NCBI GenBank assembly: GCA_035193785.1
Contig: CP136572.1
Span: 1,408,001-1,472,000 of the forward strand
Direction of reading: 5' to 3'
Length of the DNA stretch: 64,000 nucleotides
Origin: Planktothrix sp. GU0601_MAG3
GTDB taxonomy: Bacteria > Cyanobacteriota > Cyanobacteriia > Cyanobacteriales > Microcoleaceae
Of this stretch, positions 57,789 to 64,000 are shown piece by piece. Below the pieces are notes generated by a model. That model saw nothing but the letters and a program-made list of their open reading frames with translations. It was not told the DNA's origin and searched no databases. How positions within the stretch are numbered: position 1 is the stretch's first letter; each line of letters starts with the position of its first letter. The position numbers and the translations under genes are program-made.

Positions 57789-58485
57789 ATGAATAAGTTG
57801 GGGTTAGAAACAGCATCCTTCGATTTTGATTATTGAGCCCGATGAATTGTTAGCTCAACAGATTAGCCTAGATTTGGAAGAAGCGGGTTATTATCCGATT
57901 TTGGTTAATAACGGTACAGCCGGGTTACATCAAGCAAACGAATTACAACCGGCATTAATAGTAATTGACCGACTATTGGGGGGTGAGTCAGGACTTTCTG
58001 TTTGCAGTCATTTACGCGATTTGGGCATCCGTATACCTTTGTTAGTTTTAATGGCAAAAGATGCCATAGAAGATCGGATTGCCTGTTTAGAGTCGGGGGC
58101 AGATGACTATTGTTTAAAACCCTATCGGACGGAAACTTTTTTAGAACTGGTAAATCTGTATTTGCAACCTGCGACTAGCAGTAATGAACAATTACGGTTT
58201 GGGGAATTGGTCTTGGATTTAGCTACCAGAAGGGCGCTACGCAATGGTAGAACTATTGATCTAACGATGAAGGAGTATGAGTTACTCAAATATTTAATGG
58301 AACATCCACGAGAAGTATTAACCAGGGAACAAATTTTAGAGAATGTCTGGGGTTACGACTTTTTGGGGGAGTCTAATGTTATAGAAGTTTACATTCGTTA
58401 TTTACGACTCAAAATTGAAGATGAAGGGGAAAAACGCCTAATTCAAACGGTGAGAGGGGTGGGATATGTTCTCAGAGATGGGTAA
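57789..58485 (+). CDS. nblR: OmpR-family response regulator NblR (apparent frameshift at 57807-57811)
   Basis: Repaired start MNKLGLEQHPSILIIEPDE; DLTMKEYELL.YLM.HPREVLTREQILENVWGYDFLGESNVIEVYIRYLR; follows NAD kinase. Confidence 0.85.
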
Positions 58486-58541
58486 TGGTTAATGGGTAAT
58501 GGGTAATGGGTAATGGGTTTTAAGAATTGGGTAATGGGTAA
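58479..58541. repeat. GGGTAAT heptamer array
   Basis: Visible. Confidence 0.85.
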
Positions 58542-58630
58542 TCTGTGTTAATCTGCGTAATCCTCTTAAATCCGTGATCAAAGTTGTCTAAGATGCGATA
58601 TAATGTTTTGTCGCTGATGATACGGATTTT

Positions 58631-59234
58631 TTGAGAACGTTGAACCTTGAACTGTTAATTGGATTTAGGACGGGTTTAATCTTGGCTTCTATCCCAAAAG
58701 CCTTAGTTTCTATGGGCTTTGGGATGCTCGGTATATTATTAGTTAGCTGTTCGCCTTTGTTGTCATCGGTTTCAACAGCACAATCCGCGAGCCTAGGAAC
58801 TACGGTTTCTCAGTCTCCGATAATAACCCAAGAAAATCGGGGTCAAATGTTACCAATTACGGCCAAGGCTAAAATTGGCCGCCAGGTTATTCAGCTTGAA
58901 GTGGCTCAAACTACCCAGCAGCAAGCATTAGGCTTAATGTATAGAACCGATCTAGCAAATGATCGGGGAATGTTATTTCCCTTTGCTCAACCTCGGATGG
59001 TGGGGTTTTGGATGAAAAACTGTAAAATTCCCCTGGATATGATTTTTTTGCGGGATGATGTCGTTCAAGCCATTCAGGTTAATGCTCTCCCCTGTGAACA
59101 GGAAACCCTGTCCTACCTATGGCCCTGATCTGCCGGTAGATCGGGTGATCGAACTCCGGGGTGGACGATCTCAGGAATTGGGGGTGAAGGTGGGCGATCG
59201 CATCCCGATCAGCTTTTTGAATTCTCAGCCCTGA
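58631..59234 (+). CDS. DUF192 family lipoprotein (start uncertain; apparent frameshift at 59102-59106)
   Basis: LEVAQT..QQALGLMYR, GMLF.F, FWMKNC.IPLDMIF, repaired EPCPTYGP..VDRVIEL.GG. Confidence 0.85.
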
Positions 59235-59904
59235 GCCTAAAGTTGAAAAAACTTTACAAAAGTTCATGTAATTTGTTAAAACTTTAATGTTAAGGTCTAC
59301 ACCATAGCAAATAAATTTGTTAATCTGTTTATTCGGTGAACTGTTCAGCGTAACGGCAATTAACCCTATATAGTCGATTTATTCTTCTTAGGTGTGAGGG
59401 GAAGCAAGCGACCCGAGAAAATTGATCCACGACAATCATAGGTTGTCAAGGCTAATTTTGAGTCAAGTTCGCGTGCTTTGAACAAGCTAGGGTTAAATAA
59501 CCATGACACTGTGACTCTAAGATTTAGAGTTCCGCTACCTCTGTTTTTTGATAAAAAAACTATTCTGTCTAGCGACGGGTTAGTTCTGATAGCTTCATTT
59601 TTTCCTTTGGCTACTGCTTCTTTTGGAACGTCAGCCTGTGACAGAAAATTGTGTGGCTACTGCTCAATTGTGCGGAGTTTAAATCGCAGCTAATGTAGAT
59701 GCGTGAGAAGACAACTGAGTCAACAGTTTAGGAACAATTCTGTTTTTCTCTAGCCCAATCAATTGCTACGGATCAAGGTTTTGAAGTTTTAAACCTCAAA
59801 CTTGGTCTGTATATTAATCTATAAAAAAAGGCAATTAGCCAATTTTATCAAAAAAATTTTTGTTAACCCTTTAATCCTTATTAAATTAGGAGGTGAATTT
59901 TAGA

Positions 59905-60120
59905 ATGACACCCAATAACTACTCTCGGTTTATTCACTTTTTGCAGGATGAATTATCCCTATCGGCGGATTCAATTGCCATGGCAGAAAGAGCGAATCAT
60001 CCCACGGATGCCCAACATAAATATCAAGATCCTAGTCCCGTATCCATGACCCTGTGGCAATATGGTTTAGTGACTTTAGAACAGTTAGATAAAATTTTTG
60101 ACTGGTTAGAAACGGCTTAA
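59905..60120 (+). CDS. DUF2949 family protein
   Basis: FLQDELSLS..SIAMA...MTLWQYGLVTLEQLDKIFDWLE. Confidence 0.85.
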   Translation: MTPNNYSRFIHFLQDELSLSADSIAMAERANHPTDAQHKYQDPSPVSMTLWQYGLVTLEQLDKIFDWLETA

Positions 60121-60168
60121 AAAATCGATTTTCAAGAATAATATCATCTTGAATACGGCTATAAAAAA

Positions 60169-60400
60169 GGCAGGGGGGGCAGGGGAAGCAAGGGGGGCAG
60201 GGGAAGCAGGGGAAGCAGGGGAGGCAGGGGGAGGTGAGGAGCAGGGGAAGCAGGGGAAGCAAGGGGGGGCAGGGGAAGCAAGGAATTCACTTGTAATTCT
60301 TCTCCCCCTGCTCCTCACCTCCTGACCCCCCCCTGCTCCTCACCTCCCCCTGCTCCTCACCTCCCCCTGCTCCTCACCTCCCCCTGCTCCTCATCCCCCC
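60169..60400. repeat. inverted pair of 9-mer arrays (GGGGAAGCA... then CCCCCTGCTCCTCAC...)
   Basis: Visible, between convergent genes. Confidence 0.9.
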
Positions 60401-60414
60401 TATACAATATTTAA

Positions 60415-61569
60415 TTAAGATTCTGCTAACACCCGGGCCGCCGCCGCGACTCCAGCGCCGGAAGTAAATCCTTGATAACCAAGTTCCTGTAATGCCGCTT
60501 CTAAAGATGCGATCGCTGTTAAAATATCGCGATCGCTCACAAATCCTAAATGACCGATGCGGAAAATTTTACCCTTGAGGTGATCCTGTCCTCCGGCTAA
60601 AACAATATCGAATTTCTTCTTAACAATAGCCCGAATATCTTCAGCATCTAAGCCATCGGGAGGAACAACGGCCGTAATCGCTGGACTGGCACATTCATCG
60701 GCGGCAAATAACGATAATCCCAGGGCTTTAACCGCCTCACGAGTAACTTTTGTTAACCGTTGATGACGGGCAAAAACGTTTTCTAGCCCTTCTTTTTTCA
60801 TCATTTGTAAGGTGACTTGTAAAGCAAAAAACAAGTTCACTGGGGGGGTAAAGGGATTAGTATTTTTCTTTGCCGATTTGCGATACAATCCCAAATCTAA
60901 ATAATAGCGCGGGAGGTTAGCGGTTTTGTAGGCTTCCCAAGCCTTATCACTCACCGCCACAAATCCCAAACCCGGGGGAATCATATAGCCCTTTTGGGAA
61001 CCAGAAGCCACCACATCAATCCCCCATTCATCAATAGGAAGATTAAACGCTCCTAAACTGGTGACCGCATCCGCAATCATTAACGCTCCATGGGCTTTGA
61101 CATGGCGATTAATGGCTTCTAAATCGTTAATCACCCCGGTAGAAGTTTCGCTGTGGGTAATAATAACTGCCTTGATTTCTTTATTGGTATCCGCTTCTAA
61201 TTTAGCTCGGAAGGCTTCCGGGTCGAGGGGTTGTCCCCATTCGGCGGTGACGGTATCGACTTCTAAACCGTAGGCGGTGGCGACTTCTACCCAACGTTCT
61301 CCGAATTTACCATTAGAACCACATAATACCTTTTCTCCCCGACTGAGGAAATTAATAATTCCGGCTTCCATCGCCCCGGTGCCACTGACGGTTAAAATCA
61401 GGACATCATTTTGGGTTTGGTGTAACCATTTCAGGTTTTCTGTCACCTCGGCCATGATTTTGAAAAAATCGCCACTGCGGTGTCCGATGGGGTGTTTGGA
61501 CAGCGCTAATAGGGCCTGTTCAGGAACCGGAGTTGGCCCTGGAATCATCAACATTAATTTATCGTCCAT
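60415..61569 (-). CDS. class V PLP aminotransferase (alanine-glyoxylate/serine-pyruvate type)
   Basis: MIPGPTPVP, SGTGAMEA, HSETSTG, DAVTSLG, SGSQKG, FRIGHLG. Confidence 0.92.
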   Translation of the reverse strand: MDDKLMLMIPGPTPVPEQALLALSKHPIGHRSGDFFKIMAEVTENLKWLHQTQNDVLILTVSGTGAMEAGIINFLSRGEKVLCGSNGKFGERWVEVATAYGLEVDTVTAEWGQPLDPEAFRAKLEADTNKEIKAVIITHSETSTGVINDLEAINRHVKAHGALMIADAVTSLGAFNLPIDEWGIDVVASGSQKGYMIPPGLGFVAVSDKAWEAYKTANLPRYYLDLGLYRKSAKKNTNPFTPPVNLFFALQVTLQMMKKEGLENVFARHQRLTKVTREAVKALGLSLFAADECASPAITAVVPPDGLDAEDIRAIVKKKFDIVLAGGQDHLKGKIFRIGHLGFVSDRDILTAIASLEAALQELGYQGFTSGAGVAAAARVLAES

Positions 61570-61725
61570 GGTCTGTTTCTATTAATAAGGGTTCGGTGTT
61601 TTGCGTCAGTCACGGAAGGAATATTTTTGGCACGGATTTATACGGATTAAGAGGATTCACACGGATTACCTTCTTTTCTGCGTTTCCAATCTTATACCAA
61701 GCGAAGGCGCGGTTTTCTGATCATA

Positions 61726-62617
61726 TCACTTAACGGCAATCAGTTGATTTAAGGCAACACCGGGATCGGGTTGCTTGATTAAAGATTCTCCAATTAAAAC
61801 GGCTTTAGCCCCAGCTTGGGTGACTAAACTTAAATCTTCTCGGGTATATAGTCCCGATTCACTGACAACTAAAATATCACGGGATTGTAGTTGGGATTGG
61901 CGGCTTTGTAACAATTGGCAAGTGGTTTGTAAATCGACGGAAAAATCCTGTAAATCTCGGTTATTAATCCCAATTAAGTTAACACCATCGAGGGTTAAGA
62001 CTCGATCTAATTCTTCCAGGGTATGGACTTCAATTAAAGCGGTCATTCCTAACACTTTAGCAATTTTTAGGAAATATTGTAGGTCTTGGTCGGAGAGAAT
62101 TGCCGCAATTAATAAAACCGCATCGGCTCCATAATATCTAGCTAGATAAATTTGATAGGGATAAATTACAAAGTCTTTACAAAGTAAGGGTAAATCAACT
62201 ACAGCCCGAATTTGGGAGAGGTTTTCAAAACTGCCTTGAAAGAATTTTTTATCAGTTAAAACCGATAGACAACTGGCGCCTCCCTGTTGATAGGATTTAG
62301 CGATCGCCACGGGGTCAAAATCTTCTCTAATTACTCCTTTACTGGGGGAGGCTTTTTTAACTTCAGCAATTACCGCAGGTTGGGTTTGGCTGGATTTTAA
62401 TGCCTCAAAAAAATTACGGGGGGCGGAAATAGTATTGACTTTTTGCTTTAATTGTTCTAGGGGTAAACGTTCTCTCAGGTCGGTAATTTCTTTTTCTTTA
62501 TGCCAGACAATTTCCTCTAAAATATTCTGAGGTTTCCGCACCCGGGATGGCGACTTGATAGCGTAAACATAGGACTTCAACGGCGGGGTTAGGTTGACGA
62601 CGACGAATTTGTACCAT
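61726..62617 (-). CDS. trpC: indole-3-glycerol phosphate synthase (apparent frameshift at 62532-62536)
   Basis: Repaired start [43 protein letters not shown]. Confidence 0.95.
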
Positions 62618-62746
62618 AGAAGTTGAGGAGGTTTACTGTTGTTTAACTCGACTTGATTAAATTAAAGCATAAAATGTGTTATTGTTTCGTTTATTGTTTT
62701 TTTAGATCAAGATAATTAGGGATTTTGGCGTAGAATAATAATATAT

Positions 62747-64000
62747 TCAATAAACAAAAATAGGGACTCTTTTATAAGCTGGGGTTTCCGCCACTGGATC
62801 AATTTGTGCTTTAAATAAAATATTGGCTTCGGGATAAAACATAAATGCGGTACCGGATAAAATATTACCTGCAATAATTTCAATCGGGTCTAATTCCCCG
62901 GCATTTCCTCGAACTTTGACCCGTTGATGGGGTTGAAAACCTGCTTTTTTTATATCTTCAATATTCATTAAAATACAGTGGCGGTGGGGCATTCCTCGGT
63001 ATTTGTCTACCGAATTATAAACAACAGTATTATGTTGTCCGTAACCTCGACCCGTGCTTAAAATTAATACTAAACCGGGAGTATTTTCTTTCATCCCAAA
63101 AAATTCTTTATTGGGAATTGTTAACTGCGGTAACGGGGTAATTGTCATTTGAGCTTTACCGTTAGCTGTGGGAAAATGAGGTTTAGTAAAAATACGTCCA
63201 TCAATGGTAAATTCCGTTTGAGATTGGTCAATTTCAGCAATTTTATTGTAACCGGGAATAGTTTTAGCAATTAACTCTCGAATATACTGGGTATCTTGTA
63301 ACCGTTTCCAATCAATGGGATTTTCTCCGAGTAGGCGATAAGCAATTTCTGTAATTAATTCAACTTCTGAAATTAAATCGGCTTCGGGGGAGTTAAGATG
63401 GGTTGTACCTGGTTCATTTAAGCGGACAAAATTATTACCTGATTCGGTAGTTGTGCGGTGGGGATTTTCAAACCGATTAAACACTGGAAGTATTAAAGTA
63501 TTTTCTTGAGCCAAACCATGAAAATGACCTAAATTTGGTTTTGTGGCGACATAAAATATTGTTTCAATATTAGATAAAGCCTGTTTTGCTTCAGTCAAAT
63601 CAGGATTAGCTGCATATAAATTTCCCCCTAAACAAAATAAGGTATCAATTTTTTGCTCCAATGCGGCAGTAATTAAACCTCGGGCAGAATAACCTTTTGT
63701 TTCGGTAACAGTTTGTCCTAAAAGTTGCTTTAAAGCCTGTTTTATGGGTTCACTTAATCTAATGGTAACTCCCATGGAGCCAAAACCCTGCACATTAGAA
63801 TGTCCGCGAATTGGCATTGTCCCCGCCCCTAATTTACCTGCATTCCCGGTAATTAAAGCGGTATTAGCAATACTTTTAACGTTATCAACTCCGTTGGTAT
63901 GGTGAGTAATTCCCATCGCCCAAGCAAAGACAACTTTACTAGATTTTCCAATGGTATAGGCAACTTCTTCGATTTCTTCTTGGGATAAACCGCAGGTCTG
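62747..64000 (-). CDS. FdhF/YdeP-family molybdopterin oxidoreductase, 3' part
   Basis: WAMGITHH, PIRGHSNVQG, GGNL, QHNTVVY...DKYRG, YPEAN, TPAYK. Confidence 0.88.
   Translation of the reverse strand, partial: QTCGLSQEEIEEVAYTIGKSSKVVFAWAMGITHHTNGVDNVKSIANTALITGNAGKLGAGTMPIRGHSNVQGFGSMGVTIRLSEPIKQALKQLLGQTVTETKGYSARGLITAALEQKIDTLFCLGGNLYAANPDLTEAKQALSNIETIFYVATKPNLGHFHGLAQENTLILPVFNRFENPHRTTTESGNNFVRLNEPGTTHLNSPEADLISEVELITEIAYRLLGENPIDWKRLQDTQYIRELIAKTIPGYNKIAEIDQSQTEFTIDGRIFTKPHFPTANGKAQMTITPLPQLTIPNKEFFGMKENTPGLVLILSTGRGYGQHNTVVYNSVDKYRGMPHRHCILMNIEDIKKAGFQPHQRVKVRGNAGELDPIEIIAGNILSGTAFMFYPEANILFKAQIDPVAETPAYKRVPIFVY

Noticed and set aside
59240..59890. Possible ncRNA or small ORF in long intergenic region
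   Set aside because: No recognisable family, convincing ORF or terminator could be supported by eye
2009..62536. Mass pseudogenisation or programmed frameshifting
   Set aside because: Essential genes are hit and all breaks share one 4-mer context in both orientations, which fits a sequencing artifact rather than decay or recoding

Overview
64 kb of a filamentous cyanobacterial chromosome. It is AT-rich with abundant HIP1 GCGATCGC, STRR 7/9-mer arrays and REP-like palindromes; Planktothrix/Oscillatoriales affinity is inferred. Most of it is housekeeping or conserved genes: upp, cobQ, a group 2 sigma factor with a probable 6S RNA, ribBA, glcEF, hisIE-like, hemL, Hik2-like kinase, tamB, gpgS, ycf39-like, NAD kinase, nblR and trpC. 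Accessory parts are (i) a toxin-antitoxin/XisHI cluster at ~22.9-28.3 kb with two integron-type attC sites, each joined to an identical HIP1-containing 26-mer; (ii) a low-GC module at 43.2-46.4 kb with a wHTH-NB-ARC (STAND) gene, a separate TPR gene and a divergent small secreted 4-Cys peptide; (iii) a complete group II intron in an alpha/beta hydrolase gene. The strongest window-wide signal is that 29 apparent frameshifts are all repaired by removing extra A/T from GAAAC/GTTTC to restore GAAC/GTTC. This looks like modification-induced long-read basecalling error at exactly the canonical Dnd phosphorothioation motif (inference). The frameshifted housekeeping genes are therefore annotated as intact CDS.
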